A DNA stretch of 64,000 nt from Eledone cirrhosa (Eukaryota): assembly GCA_964016885.1 (NCBI GenBank), contig OZ024753.1, forward strand, positions 45,694,001-45,758,000, read 5' to 3'. The position numbers and the translations under genes are program-made. Shown in pieces: positions 20,758 to 40,034 of the stretch (its first letter is position 1; each line of letters begins with the position of its first letter). Below the pieces are notes generated by a model. It saw only the letters and a list, made by a program, of their open reading frames with translations, was not told the origin of the DNA and ran no database searches.

Positions 20758-22093
20758 TGCATTCCTCTAAACAGACTCTGCCTCTTCCCATGCATAGTGC
20801 ACTCTTCTGATTTGTGGTCTCCCCGCTCTCGATACCGCAAGCTATATATATATATGTATATACCATGACCAAACCCCAAGTAAATCTACACCAAACCAAT
20901 GGCATCCTCGATATCAACCACACACAATCCATAACCTTCCACTAGCTTCACTCCACTCTCAATATATAGGAAGATCTATCCTGCCGTTCTAAACCATGCT
21001 GAAATACTTCCACTATAACAGAAACAAGTCTACACCAATTACTGCCACGGGCTTCTTTGTGTGCGTGAATATATGTGTGTGTGTATGTGTGCGTGAGAGA
21101 GAGCGAGAAAGAGAATTATTTTGCCTATTATTCATAAGTAAGCATGTACTGTTAGGTGAAATTTACATAGCCTAGCATTTTATTTTATTGTATATCTTAA
21201 ACTCTAAGTGGCAAAATAGAGCTAATTTTTAATACGATTCATTAAAATATGTTTAAGAGGAAATACATCAGTAGGGTGATGGATTTCTCCTGTGTATTTT
21301 AGTGAGATTATCTCTAGAAATAGTGGGATATTACCTCCTTTTAGAAATATTCAGAAACAAAATCTGTTATTTTCTACATTAATATTTAAAAGAAAAAAAT
21401 AATAAAAATATATCTTGATGGGGACACGACCTTATATCAACGATTTAGATTTCAAATATCTCAAAATTTCGATCTAATAAAGAATAATCTCATTGACTCA
21501 AAGTGATTCGAACCAACTATATTAGTTATGTTATAGACTTACAAACCTATCCACTGTCCCTGTTACGCATGTTTACTGAAGAGGGTGATCCCTCAGAACA
21601 AAATAATAATAATAATAATAATTGTAGTAATGATAATAATAAATAAATAATCGATTATGCGATCCAAGTCTTATTGTCTTTAAAAGTTTCATTCAAAGAA
21701 AATCGTTTATATTACTTAATTACACGCTGTATTATCCTTTTACAATCAGTTCTACCATTAATTGTGAAATTTATTGAACGTTCTACTTCAATGTAATGTA
21801 CGGATACCTTCAATTTTCTTCTACTTTTAACGCCTCTTCTCACATTTCTTTACAGTAAAAATCTAAGAATAGCTCACTACATTTATCTTGCTTCCAACAT
21901 CTTTCATTTTTATTTTCTTTATAATCTACACTTTCCTTTCTAATCAAACGAGAAACGTAAATTCCAGTCCTGATAATGTTTAATCAAATTAAATAAGTTC
22001 ACATATCTTTCTTTGAAAGTTAGGAACGCTCATAGGTTTCATATAAGTAACTAATACATCTGAAGACGGTTTATTAATGTATAAATTCAAATA

Positions 22094-22284
22094 GGGCGGT
22101 GAATTGGCAGTATCGGTAGAGGGTCGGACGCCATGCTTTGACGCATAGAGTTACGGCCCTTGCTATTCTGAGTTCAAATCCCGCCGATGTTAACTTTGCC
22201 TTTCATCCTTACGGGGTCGATAAAATAAAGTACCAGTAATGCACTAGGTAATTGCTGGCCTTGTGCCTAAAGTAGAAACAATTA
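22094..22284 (+). mobile_element. SINE family S1, full length
   Basis: A/B boxes and body; 18-bp TSD attaatgtataaat(t/a)caa (22073-22090 / 22281-22298). Confidence 0.92.
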
Positions 22285-22457
22285 ATGTATAAATACAAGA
22301 TAATAAATTTTGCCTTATCGTATAATACACACCTACACACATATATATCTATATGTATGTATCTATTTAATATATATATGTATCTCTCTCTCACTCTCTC
22401 TCTCTCTTTATATATATATATATAATATTCTTAATATATATATATATAAAATATATA

Positions 22458-22502
<45 letters not shown>

Positions 22503-23380
22503 TTTGTGTATATGTATGTGTTTGTGTGTGCATGTGTGTGTGGTAAGTCATACTGCACGCTGATTTCTACTTTCTCTTAGATCTCTAATATATGAGGTAC
22601 ATACTGACCTGCACTAATTTACGACGGCTGTCTATATACCCAACTGTTTTCCCCATGTAAGTTGATATTTTTCATTTCTTTCTGTTTTCATTCTCGCCTT
22701 TATTTCTATGTTTTTCGGGCATTTCAAAGTTTCTCACCTCCTATTAAAAAGTCAGTGAGGCTTACAGCGGATTCATTGATTAGATTTTTCAGTCAAGAAG
22801 CCTAGCATGCTTATCCATGCCATTTAACCACAAATAAAACCCTTCTTTCATGAATTGACCGCCTTTTACTAACTTATATCCTTAACGAAATGTGAACCAG
22901 TCTGTATTTTCTCTTTATTTATTTGTACCCACCTTTAATTATATCAACGTTTTAAGAACGGTTGTTGGGAAATCAAAACCTCCTGATAGTATAACTATCA
23001 GTGCAAACATATCAAAATGTTTCTAAGTTACACCTGCACACTTCTCTTTCTTCATCATAAGAATTTCCGATTTCCCCATAGAAATAAAAGCTACATTCCT
23101 TTATAGATTCCAGGTACAAATATCTTAGTCTGAAGCAAGGTGTTAAATCATTACCGATCTGTTTAGAAAAGAAATTATTAGAATCCAATAATAAATGCTA
23201 GAAGAGCATTGGTTTATTACTGTGAATTTCCCACTGGTACAACTGGTTTTATTAGCTATCGGTCTGCCTTTTAAGTAAGACACTCGAAGGACGAATAGAT
23301 AAGAAACTATGAGGAATGCAAAAGTTTCAATAGTGAACTATAATTAACTGAGTAGAAGCAAATCGGAAAATATAGATATA

Positions 23381-23518
23381 GAGTTGTGGTCAAGGGGTTC
23401 GATTTCCAAAGATATGATCTCGGTTTCAATCAAATGATGGGGCAACTTGAGCAATCTTCTTTTACAATGGCCCACCTTGAGCAATGACTTGTGAGTGAAA
23501 CGGAAACTGAAGCAAATC
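23381..23518 (+). mobile_element. Decayed tRNA-derived SINE of a different family
   Basis: tRNA-like head followed by caacttgagcaatcttct (CORE-like) and cttgtgagtgaaacggaaactgaag. Confidence 0.5.
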
Positions 23519-24253
23519 TTTCATGTTGTTCATCATGTTTAGAATTTTGTGATCTCGTTTTCATGAAATGCATGTTTGCACGTGAAATGCATGTTCGCAC
23601 GTGATTCTGTTCTCGCTTAGGAAGTGAAGTCAACGGGATTAGTATATTTCTATTGGTGTCATTATTGCCCGGTTTCAGTTTTTGACTGTTGATCGTTTTC
23701 TTTCACATTTTTAGTTTTTTGTTATTGTTTGTTACTAACGATTTAACCTATGTTATGAGTAAGTTTCTGCCTATATATTTCAGCATTATGCTGTTCGTTT
23801 GGTATCGATTATATCACTAATTAAATTTTGTCACGGAATCTCTTGCGTATATTGAGATATCAGATGGTTTTTAGCCAGGTTAACTTGCTATAAATATACT
23901 GAATCAATTTAAACTTATTAAATATTAATTGTATCCATAATTAAGGTGTTGTTGTTATTGTTGTTGATGTTCCAAACAGATATACTCCGCCGTTTCCAGT
24001 GCTTATTAATTAACAATGTACTTGTGATTTTTTAAAACATAAACCTGTCAAAATATTTACACACCAACATCTCGACCGTTGATAGATATTTTCTATGTCT
24101 TCGGCAGTTGTGTGAATGATTTTACATATAGGAGAGTTCGGGAATTTATATGTTGTATTAATATTAACCTTTTTGCTACCATATACTTAACACAAAATTT
24201 ACAAATCATTTTCATTATTACCAGGTGAGTGGGGTTTAGGAAAATGTATAACC

Positions 24254-25068
<815 letters not shown>

Positions 25069-25383
25069 ACGTGTGAAGTTGGAATGGATAATACGTGTAC
25101 GTCATAATAACTTGTACGTCATACGTATTGTTTCATAAGTAAATAAGGTCTAAAGAAAGTAATAGATTTAATGACATCGTCTTTCTTATAACTACCAGAC
25201 GAAATATCACAGGAGGTATTCTTTTAGTTATCTCTTAATATACTTCTTTCATCTGAGAATCTGGTATCTATTTAATTTCCTCCCAGGTAGATGTTCGAAA
25301 TTTCATAACAATTCATATTGATATATTAATCCCGTGATATGATTAAATGTAATGAAATGACGAATCTTATTATCTTTGTCATT

Positions 25384-25421
<38 letters not shown>

Positions 25422-25509
25422 CTCTCCCTCTCTCTCTAAATATATATTTATATGCATATGCATATATATCCCCCCTCTCTCTATATATATATATTATACA
25501 TATATATAT

Positions 25510-25545
<36 letters not shown>

Positions 25546-25918
25546 TACATATTTATGTAAAAAGGAATCTTGTAAATGAAATTAAAAAAACGCAGCATAT
25601 ATATATATATATATATTGAAGACTATGCTTCCGTTTCGTAGCTCTAAAATATGATATAATACAATTGAAAATGATATAGTATAATAGATAGCTGACAATA
25701 TGTGTATGTGCCTGTTTGCAGGATTGTGTGTGTGTGTGTGGGGGGGGGCACTGCGTGTTTCTAACTGAATGACACCAAAATGCACTTGAATGAACCAATG
25801 AATCTTTCAGTAATACAATATCATGATTTAGATGTGAATATAATATATATACTTCTTTCCATATAATTGTCTTCTCACGTGCCTACATGACACGTATCGA
25901 GCTATGACAACGCGAATG

Positions 25919-25953
<35 letters not shown>

Positions 25954-25989
25954 ATGTATATATGTATGAATGTATATATATATATATAT

Positions 25990-26180
25990 ATATTTATTAA
26001 AATAACAGATTAAAATTTAAGCAAAGAATCGCTGCTTTCACCCTTAACGGGATCTTCTGAAACTCTTTAATCTGTTATTTTAATAAATATTTGCTCTACG
26101 GTTCTTATATATTTGATATATTTATCCTTATCGAGTCCTCTTTGGATTTTAGTCTTCAAATTTATTATTATTATTATTAC
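25990..26180 (+). mobile_element. Family A element, foldback copy
   Basis: Perfect 25-bp arms at 25990-26014 and 26066-26090. The spacer's reverse complement contains a non-canonical hammerhead-like core cagaaga-tccc-gttaa-gggt-gaaa. Confidence 0.85.
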
Positions 26181-26214
26181 TATATATATATATATTTGTG
26201 TGCGTGTGTATATA

Positions 26215-26380
26215 TCCGTATGTGGTTGTCGGCTGAGAGACATAGAACTCAATGCGGAAGTAGAGTTTAAATATTCATTTTATTAAGGCTAAATACAGAA
26301 TCTTATTACATTGGAGTTTGGTTTGTGATAAACAGGTGAAACTCCAGAGTAACCACTCACTATTTAGCCTTAATAATATG
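26215..26380 (-). mobile_element. TA-adjacent foldback element (agaactcaatg type)
   Basis: agaactcaatg motif shared with the elements at 47375 and 53445. Arms ttattaaggctaaata (26280-26295) / tatttagccttaataa (26361-26376), with inner ggagttt/aaactcc. Confidence 0.65.
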
Positions 26381-27061
26381 TTTATATATAACCCATTTTT
26401 TTGTATATATATATATATATATATATTCTCATAAATACCTATATACACATCTACAGATTACTGTGTTTACTTAGATATATCAACATATATCTTACTTTGA
26501 AATGTTTTTGTCTTCAATATAGAACAAAGCAGCAATGTAATGTCGAGTTTATATAACATGTCAGAATGATGTGTTTGCATCTTGCCTCGTTACAGTCAAC
26601 TACACGTTAAATTGATAAAACTGCCATAGAAATTACTTCACACTCTGATGTCTCCTCGGAGTTTAGTCGACCATAGCAATGTGAGTTTCCAAATCAAATT
26701 TTTATGAAAGCGTCGAAATTGTTTCGTACTTGAACATAAGCTGACTGAATGATTAAAATGAACAGGCGTGTCTGTCTTCAAGAGTTACTTGTTTAAACAA
26801 TTTGACAACCGCTAGGGAGATATTTTAGCCAGGAGAGAAGTATATGAAATGAGAGTAACGAGGTAAACTGCGATTAGAAATATTTTTCAATTAATACGTG
26901 ACGTATTATGGGCCCATCGGTCGGTTTAAAACAGCGAGCACATGGATGAATATTTCTTATATATTTGTACACTAAACCTAATTCTAAAGGAGACCTAGCG
27001 TGACAGAGATTGTGGCAAAGGTTGGCCATTTGAATTACACATGCATCCATTTGTCTACTTT

Positions 27062-27130
27062 AGTGGACTGGAGCAACGTTGTAGTTATTGTCTTGCTTCC
27101 AGGGAAAATTCACTGCACGCTCCGGAAATC
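27062..27130 (-). mobile_element. CORE-type SINE fragment
   Basis: gtggactggagcaacg...tgtcttgcttccagg resembles the corresponding part of 13690-13924 and 40035-40185. Confidence 0.45.
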
Positions 27131-28109
27131 TTGCATCCGTCTTTATGTAAATAAGCACAATATCCTATATTCTATCTTATTACCATTTAATTCTCTTATT
27201 AAAAGAGTACAGCTGAACCTAATATTATTTCAAGACACATACAGTTCGTTAAAATCAGAAGGAAATTAGATTATAATAATTAATAACATGGTTGATTAAC
27301 AAGGAGGACATATTTGTGTAATATTCTCAAATTTAATTCAACAAGCTAAATTATTCCTCATCTCTTCACCACTGATTAAGGTTGGTGTAACGTTAAATGA
27401 AGTTTGAAAACAACTAATAAATACGGCGTGACAAACTACAACACGTCCTTATTCTAAAATGATTCTATTGATACAGATTATACTTATTAAACCAATATAT
27501 TTGATAGATCATTAACAAGTCGTCAAGACTAAATAACTAACTGTTATTAATCGTATTACATAGTCTCTTCAAATCTGTTAGTATATTGAATATTGTCTGA
27601 AGTGTTACTGAAGTTTTTGTAATAAGGTTTATTAGTGTAGGATCAATAAATAAGAAAATAATGGATAGAATGGTAGGTTTGTACGTTAGTCGAAATATTT
27701 ATATAAATGTAATCTTACAATCGTGCAACATAGAATATATTTCAAAATAGAGGTGTATATAAGACGTATATAAACATATCTGCCAGAATATAAGAAAAAT
27801 AATATTTTTTTCGTTTCGTTAAGAAAAAATATTTTTCTTCAGCAGCAGGACCACCTATGTTTGGTATAAACGTGTTATATATGTTCATATGTCTTCATAT
27901 ACACATTTAGTATTCTTAAACACTGTCTTAGTGCTACAGCCAAATAAATATTTCAATATGTATCACAAATAAGTATCTGACAGACTGCTAGAAATGGCAG
28001 GGTATTATAAAGAATTAATTGTGGTATTTGGATAGAGTCATTTAATAACTTCCAGATTTCGAAACAAACAGACGATGATTCTGCTAATCATTATTTCAGG
28101 GTCAATATT

Positions 28110-28298
28110 GGCGGTGTATTGGCAGTATCGGTAGAGAGTCGGACATCATGCTTTGAAGCATAGAGTTACGTCCCTTTATGATCTGAGTTCAAATCCTGCC
28201 GAGGTTAACTTTGCCTTTCATCCTTACGGGGTCGATAAAATAAAGTACCAGTAATGTACTGGGTTATTGCTGGCCTTGTGCCTAAAATAGAAACAATT
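28110..28298 (+). mobile_element. SINE family S1, full length
   Basis: A/B boxes and body; perfect 18-bp TSD attatttcagggtcaata (28090-28107 / 28296-28313). Confidence 0.93.
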
Positions 28299-29080
28299 AT
28301 TTCAGGGTCAATAGAAATGATAAAATCAAGTAATAGAGAGAACTCCACTCACTGTTCGACCTGTATGCTGTGCGAGACATTAATATACCGTACTTATCAT
28401 AACAAATATTTATTATTAACTCTTTTTCTCTTTGTTACTTAAACATTGTTTACCGTTTAAACCTGTCGTATTTAAATGTGAATTTCCATAAACATTGTCA
28501 TAACAATGCATTTATATGTAATTTCATTGTATGCATATAAAAGACATTTGAAAACCATATGGAACAGACTCCCAATTATAAGTGAAACAAATAAGAAACT
28601 CTATTGTATGGATGTAGATTTTAATTAATTCAAGTTGATATAATTATTTCTATGATAGTCTATTCATTGTTTTACCGTTAATAATTGTTATGGAAATATC
28701 AGCTAGCAGGTATATTAAACATAAATTCTAAATAGACATTGTTAGAAATTATTTTACCTCTGTAAGGTATACAACTAATTATATATTCTATTCTCTATAC
28801 ACAAATAAACGTTGTAATTTGTCTACCTAAACTAAGGAAATGGAATTGAAAGAAATAATAAACCGAAATTGTTTTTTCTATTGAAATAGAATTCTTTGAA
28901 GTAAACGCCTTAGAAAGTTTAGTAAAATATACTTAATGAGTGCGATCTCTGTGAGGCGTAATCATAGTTTAATGCTTTTTTTACACAAGCACAGACACAC
29001 AAATACACACACACACACATATATTTACATATATTTATATTTACATATCAATCGCTCTCTATCGCCCCCTTAATGTCTCT

Positions 29081-29150
<70 letters not shown>

Positions 29151-30025
29151 CACAGAGCTATGATTGTGAAAGTAAATACGAAGATAGTCAGATAGGGAGA
29201 TATATATAGAGATTTACAGTTAAACAGGAAAAAATATATATATACATACATATATATATATACAGAGAGAGAAAGATCGAGATCCTAGACTGAATGATGT
29301 ATAGACAGACATATAGATACACAGAGAGAATAATAAATGATGCCTAACATAAATACAAAAAAAAAGATTTTTATTCCTTCGTGTTTTTACTGGTTATATT
29401 TTCGACCTCTTCGTGTATCCTGGAAATATTTTCATCGTTCTGTCTTAAATTGTATTTTAATATTGAATAATACAGAAGTCTTATATCATTTCCTCATATA
29501 TTAATTGTGGAAAATAGAAATAAAAATAGAAGATGAATAGCCACATAAATAGATATATATATTGACTGTAATGAGAGTGGATAGAATGAGAGTTAGAAAC
29601 GAACATAAGAAAATAACTTTTCTTTCTGCGCATATTCTGTTTATACGGATTCGGAAAATTGTACAGGCGTATTTTATACTCGAAAATATAACTGTTCGGT
29701 TTTATTCCAGTCATGCGCGCAGTTTAAAGTCCCAGACAGCCAGACGGAACACGCGACAAGCTATCATGCGAGATATATAGAGATACAATGCAGAATCCAT
29801 TGCAACAATAGTAGCATGTAAATTGTTTCCAACTCCACCGTAAATACATAAAACACTTTACTATATTGTAAAAAGAATAAAATGATAATTTGCAAGATAT
29901 TATAAGCTTAATATGGTAAAATTATTCAATTTAATGTAACTTCAATTGACAGCTTGGAAATACATGGCTTAATATGGAACAGTTTATAGCTATGACTTTT
30001 GTAATTTTTTATCAAATCATACGGT

Positions 30026-30473
<448 letters not shown>

Positions 30474-32049
30474 GTAAAATATCGATATACAAGGCTGTAA
30501 ACTACCCAACAGAGGGAACTTTATTCATTTTGTCATTAAAGTGTTTATTAATATTAACCCTCTCTACAATATATTATATTATGGAGTCCTTGATATACTT
30601 AAACTGACGGGATGGATTCTCATGGAGGGAGCGTGTGTAAGCATATCGTTAATTATTGGGGTAAAACCTTGGAAAAAAACAACCTACAATAACGTTTATG
30701 GTGATGAATGTAATGTTCCTGTCTAAATGAGATTGAGGTAAAAGAAAGTTATTGCTTGGAAGTGGGATTTATTACACGTCGAATCCACTTTTCATAGAAA
30801 AGGAAGTTATTCAGTATTGAACTAAACGATGGAGTAATAGATCTTTGTTTACCAAATTAATCTGAAGACAAACAGCAAGAAAAATAAAAGTTGGCACCGC
30901 TTAAAAGATTTCCCGCTTTTTGGAAAGAATGATAAATATAGTTTAGCATTTGTTACATCTCCTGCCATGAAATTGTATTAGTGGCAAAGGGGTGCCAGTA
31001 TAACGTAAAACTGATTGGAATATTTTGCTGGCAGCACAAAGAAAGTAAATAGTAAAATGTTTTACTTCACAGCGGAAATACACGGAATCTATTGCACCTA
31101 AACTTCTTTCAAAACTGTTTTGACAAAATACTGAATATTTTTGGCATCTAGAGATTGTAAATACAATCTAATCTTTTAGTCAGACAACAGAGACATCCAA
31201 CAATATAACAAACATACTCTGTCAGACAACAATGATACCTACCCAGCAATGCAACAAACATACATGAAACACAGACATATCATTTACTACCCAAAGTGAT
31301 TATCTATAGAGAATCCTGTGTCGCATGGTCTTAGTTTAGATACTCAAATTGTTTCAGTTATTTATAATTGTATTCCTTTAATTCCAGACGATATTTGGAT
31401 TAAATCATTTCATATTTCTAGAAGTATAGATTATATTAATAACTACGATGACAAACAATTTGAATGATGGGATATTTTTTTATACTCCTATTATCATAGG
31501 ACCGACTTTGAACCAATGCTGCGTTGCACAATATTTGAAGTGGCTATGTTACCAACGCGTGACTTGGGGGAGGGGTTCATGGGATAACATGGTGCAATTA
31601 AAATAGAATACAATATATTGTGTCTATTCCTTATTTTGCTGTTTATTTCACAATTGGTGTCTACAGTATGAAAGCTTAATCATGTGAAAAAATCTATTTC
31701 CTATTTCCTCCTTTCGTCTTATGAAGGGCGTTACAAACAATTGTTCATTATTCATAAGTTTACAGATGAGAATGACATGAAATAGACTCGTAAAAATAGA
31801 TGAGCAGATGAAGAAATAAATAGAAAGGTAGTCTAACGTAATTGAAGTCGACATATTTCATAAGTTAACAAGGAAAAACTGGTGACTTCTGATTAATCAC
31901 AGGATTAATTAACAATGAAACTAAAACTCATGAAAGAAATTGTTGCCTGGATTAGCAAGCATGTTTTATTTGTGCATTCAGGTCGGGAATAACTAGTAAC
32001 ATATTTATTATATAATACCTTCCATTAGATCAGCTGCGACTAATTAGCC

Positions 32050-32238
32050 TGGGTGTTGTCATACTCCACCTCTCGTTTTGTGAGGCCCATAGAACTGGTC
32101 TCTACCACCGAACTCCACCAGGAAGACGTTGGAAGATTCCTTTGCAGTACTCCTATTTAACTGTTTGTCTATTGGTGACTATTTATGATTCACAACGCCT
32201 CTGTTGTCGATGACCCAGCAAGCATCACCTAGGTCTTA
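32050..32238 (-). mobile_element. Decayed mariner transposase fragment
   Basis: The - strand with frameshifts reads VML..DNRGVVNHK*SP.QTVK*EYCKGIFQRLPGGVRW*RPVLWASQN..DNT. This matches the mariner catalytic region KVML.VFFD.RGVVH.E..P.GQTVN.EYY..VL.RL...VR.KRP.LW....HDNAP. Confidence 0.7.
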
Positions 32239-32902
32239 CAAATGAAGCAAAATATGTTATTGTATATGATTTTGCAAACTTTGGACTCCACTAAAGACCC
32301 AGAACAGTGTAAAGGCAGTATAGGACCAGACGACAGATTAAGTCTACTACACATGCATATAAAAAGTAATAAAATATATATTGGCTATTATAATAATTAC
32401 TAATACAACATACACAGACGAGTACATCAAAAAGATATCTTATAGATATTAGTGGCTGTAATAGTCTGCATAACGAAACTATTCGGGAAATACTGACTTA
32501 CTACCTAGGGAAATATGTTCATGTAAATACAAACATATATGACACAAGCAGAGACGTTACAACACATTTTATTTCAACTATTACACGCTATAATAGTTAT
32601 TACTAAGAAATATATTCCAATATTGATCAGATGACTTGTGAAATTCTTTGATTCTATCATATAATTTATTGGTTGCTAATGTATTCAGTGAAATTTTAAT
32701 CCAGTTATAAGAGAGAAAGGGAGTCGATGGAACATGGAATCTAGCTCGTATGTATTGCTTTTAACGTGCTCATTTTGAAATCTTTTTCAGCATCTAATTT
32801 CAATGAATATATTAAGCTATTTGATATCGAAAAACGATCACACTCATGTTTATGTAGATATATACATATAATCATACATATAATCAGACATGCATACACA
32901 CA

Positions 32903-33016
<114 letters not shown>

Positions 33017-33092
33017 TAGAGATAGAATAGTAGTTACCAGTTTAGACTAGTAAGTCCATTCTTTGGTTTAATAGCCGTTATTCAGGAAAGTA

Positions 33093-33200
33093 GTGTGTAT
33101 GTATTGTCAAAAGTTACTGCCCAGCGGCTGAGCTCTTGCCATTTCAAAACGAAAGAGCTCAGATGTCAGACAGTAACGTATTACAATACACATACACACA
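33093..33200. mobile_element. Degenerate foldback next to TA/CA tracts
   Basis: Nested complementary blocks tgtattgt/acaataca, gttactg/cagtaac and ctgagctctt (33128-33137) / aagagctcag (33153-33162), with cgaaa in the loop. Confidence 0.55.
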
Positions 33201-33219
33201 CATCTATATACATATGCAC

Positions 33220-33274
<55 letters not shown>

Positions 33275-33530
33275 ACTAATATTTTGTGTCTGCAAGTGTG
33301 TGTTGTGAATGGGAGTCATTATAGTATAAAAACATCAGGATTGTTAGCTCTTTCTGGGTATTTTCCATACAAAGACATTTCTTACCATTTCTTGGCAAAG
33401 ATTCTTTAATAATTCTTTCTTTGCAATAATTTTTATCAGTTTTGATTTTGCCATGGATTTTATTTCAACAGTAGAGGAAACTCCTGGAATTTATAGTTCA
33501 TTAAAGTATCTGAGTGCATTTTTGTCAAGC

Positions 33531-33605
33531 ACAGTAATGTACTGGGGGCGATTGACACTCCTCTTCCCTGATTGTTGGCCTTGTGCCTAAATTAGAAATC
33601 GTTAT
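33531..33605 (+). mobile_element. SINE family S1, 3' fragment
   Basis: cagtaatgtactggggg...ttggccttgtgcctaaattagaaa followed by an ATT/GTT tail. Confidence 0.7.
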
Positions 33606-34841
33606 TATTGTTGTTGTTGTTAGGAGGAGAATGGAGAGAATTAGGAGGAGGAGGAGGGTAATTATGTGTAGGAGGAATATAGGCATTATGATGATAAAGA
33701 TGACGATAATGATGATGATGTAGATGAGGAATATGATGACAACGATGATGATGATGACGTAATTTAAATGTTAGCCTGACAGCGATGACAATGAATATTG
33801 CATTGATTAAGTACACGATGAGGAGGTAAACGTTTAATAGTAGTGGTTGTATTAGGAAGAGTAGGAGGCTGATGATGATGTAGACAAGGATAACTAGTGG
33901 CTAGTTAGTTGACGTTGATGGCAAAAATTAGCTTGATTTTAATTATGATAATAATTATTATTATTACTATTATTATTACTATTACTATTATTATTATTAT
34001 TATTGTTTTTTAATATTATTGTTATTAATATTATTATGAATAACGCGATCCTAATGATGATTATATATGCAGTCACGTGGGCGTGAAATTGAAAAACGGA
34101 ACAACGTGGTTAACTAGGGAGATGACAAAATTGTGAAGCATTAATTAGCAGTGTTGTAATTAAAAGCAAGGAATACTAATTAATTATCTGAATCAATTAA
34201 TGAAGTGTACTAACACAACGACAAACAACTCATGTTATGCTATAGTGGTTTGGGAATTAAATGTGACTAGCATTTAATCGATTGATCAGAAGGTTCGAAC
34301 GCAATGATCAGTTATCATAAATATACTCCAGCAAAACTATTTCTATTTTCGCTACATAATGGTGAATGTATAAACTAATTTGAAAAGTTTGAATTAGTTA
34401 CTAGGATGCTGGACACAACATAAAGATGTCCGTTTGATTCTCAGATTAGATGTAATTTCTGACATTTAGCAAAGCTATTTATTTCAATTTTTTTGCTCTC
34501 AGTTCAGTAAATTGAACATAAGCATCGGTTCTAGCTGGAGATTAGATCCGATGTAGACCGGAGTCTCATCAATAAAGAACTCACTCGTATTCCAAGTCGT
34601 GTAAATCACATCTAACCAATATAAGCACCAGTGTCTGTTCAGTTTTTTTTTTCAAGCATAAAACCAAAGAGGACGTTATAGCTCAAACATAAAACATATG
34701 CTTTCTCTGTTCTGTCAACCGGGGCACCACGGGGCGGTCAGTGCATGGGTCCCCATTTGGTTATAACAGTGAGAGATATGGAGAGTGAGAGAGACGGAGG
34801 CAGTGACAATGGGAATTTGATTATTTTATGTTCAGTCCTTG

Positions 34842-34942
<101 letters not shown>

Positions 34943-35185
34943 ACACTCTACAATGGAATGTCACCTCTCAATTCATCTGAGTAAAGTATTAATACATCTC
35001 ACATTGTATGTTTTTTTTAGAAATAAATGGTAACGTAGTTTTAAGTGATTTCATTCCGCTGATATTTCTACCAAATTAACTCTAGTAACTAGAGTGTCCA
35101 AATGGATGATTTCTGTCTTGTTCAGATGAGCGGTTTAACTTTCTTCTCATTGTTTCATTGTTTCACACGTACACACACACTGATA

Positions 35186-35237
<52 letters not shown>

Positions 35238-35243
<6 letters not shown>

Positions 35244-35345
35244 TAAAAAATCAAAGTTTAAGCAAATAATCGCTGCTTTCACCCTTAACGGGATCTTCTT
35301 ATCGAGCCGTCTTTGGATTTTAGTCTTCACATTTATTATTATTAC
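35238..35345 (+). mobile_element. Family A element, 5'-inverted copy with internal deletion
   Basis: Inverted part ttaaaat...gctgctttcacccttaacgggatcttct is fused near 35299 to sense tatcgagccgtctttggattttagtcttcacatttattattattac; (TA)n on both sides. Confidence 0.82.
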
Positions 35346-35424
<79 letters not shown>

Positions 35425-35440
35425 AGAGAGAGAGAGAGAG

Positions 35441-35486
<46 letters not shown>

Positions 35487-35941
35487 AGAGAGAGAGAGAG
35501 AGATAATGTATATTTATATATATGGAACTGTATGTGTATTTGTGTGTATGTTTGTGTGTGTCTATATATATACTCGCGTGCCTCATATATACGTTCACAT
35601 AATTTTATATGTTTAAAATTTTTACCAAACTGACTACATTAAAAATTTAAAATATTTAATAATTATACTTTTTTAAAGAAAATTACTTGTTTGGTGTGTT
35701 TGTCGTCTTATTTAATTTACTGCACGATCTCATTTATAAACATCATGCACATATTTCTTTTATTAGATATTATATGCAGAATTAACTATTCATGCATAAA
35801 TTGCCAGATAACAAACTTTAATGACAGCAGAGTAATTAAAATATTATCAACGTATAATAGAACAAAAAATAAACAGAGTTACTGAAAGATAATACATTCG
35901 TGATCAACGAAGAAAAGAGATAAAAACGACGCACTTCTTCT

Positions 35942-38580
<2,639 letters not shown>

Positions 38581-39060
38581 GTTATAAATATATTCTCCGA
38601 TATATGTCATGCATTATTCTCTTACTGTTAATTATTTTCTTTAAAAAAATGCAATATTTTCCCTCGTTAATGCAGGTAATGGTGTGCACGTACAACCACA
38701 AGCACATTTCGCTCTCTCTCACTCCCTTTCTCTCTCTATATATATATATATTTATATATATATATTCATATACGTATGTATAAATGAGTATATAGATAAA
38801 CGTATGTATAATAACATAGAAATTCACGTGTGAGTATATATGCTCTTATATATATATAAATATATATATATATAAATATATATATATATACCTATTTATA
38901 TATATATGTAGGCATACCTACAAACACAAGTGCATCTCTCAATCCCTCTCTCATATCTATGTATGTCTATATAATATACAAGCGCATGGAATTCGATTCT
39001 TCTTCTATCTGTTTCTCTCATCTCTTCAACTACCGACACAGACACACACTGTATCTGTCG

Positions 39061-39099
<39 letters not shown>

Positions 39100-39104
39100 T
39101 ATTT

Positions 39105-39136
<32 letters not shown>

Positions 39137-39326
39137 CTATCCCGCTCCCTACGTTTCTGGATGAAGTCTGTCTGGTTGTGTCAATATATTCCTCCAATCT
39201 CCCAACAAACATGTTATAAGTTACTAACCTTCTTCTACTCACAAATACGTATAAAAGAAATAAATGGATGAAAATATTATTCTATATATACAGTTTGTCG
39301 CTGGAAATCTCTTTTTATCACAGTCG

Positions 39327-39507
39327 ATTGGCAGTATCAGTAGAGAGTCGGACGCCATGCTTTCCAGCATAGTTACGTCCCTTTACGGTCTGAGTTCAAA
39401 TCCCGTCGAGGTTAACTTTGCCTTTCATCCTTACGGGGTCGATAAAATAAAGTACCAGTAATGTACTGGGTAATTGCTGACCTTGTGCCAAAAGTAGAAA
39501 CAATTAT
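39327..39507 (+). mobile_element. SINE family S1
   Basis: A/B boxes and body; 8-bp TSD ttatcaca (39315-39322 / 39504-39511). Confidence 0.9.
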
Positions 39508-39762
39508 CACAATTTATGAACTGTTTATTAATTATGAGAAATAGTTTACAGAAGTAATTATTAAATGTGTTGGGTGATGCATTAAATCTAAATTCAATGG
39601 CAATATGTTATGTGAATATTTTAGCTTAAGTCGCTAACACCAACGTGGTATATATATATAGCGTTGATTCTTACACAGACTGTTGCAATCTAATGAATGT
39701 ACGTCAGATTATATACGTACTAGAAAACAAAAGCGAGTAAGTAGAACCAGATGTCCGTTAAG

Positions 39763-39854
<92 letters not shown>

Positions 39855-40034
39855 TTAGAGCAAACATCACGGGCGCTCTATCTCAAAATTATTTTTGAAA
39901 AGCATTAGAAATGTGCAACCGGTAAAAACTTAAAACCAAAACTGAATACTAACCAATACTTATTACTAATTTTTACTTATTCCTAATTAAACTATTTTTC
40001 ACTGGGATATATATATATATATATATATATATCG

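Noticed and set aside
22983-23001. Short hairpins (22983-23001, 13683-13711, 34523-34553)
   Set aside because: Stems of 8-11 bp are expected by chance or lie within a SINE tail, with none of the TA-embedded architecture.
26755-26870. Possible mariner N-terminal remnant (RRVCLQ..., GDILARREVYE)
   Set aside because: Similarity too weak to support without a search.
33592-33816. His/Pro/Asn-rich ORF
   Set aside because: Derived from (GAT)n/(GGA)n/(GTT)n low-complexity repeats.
39264-39461. ORFs containing EVNFAFHPYGVDKIKYQ-like peptides (also 17309, 22209, 51122)
   Set aside because: Translations of the non-coding SINE S1.
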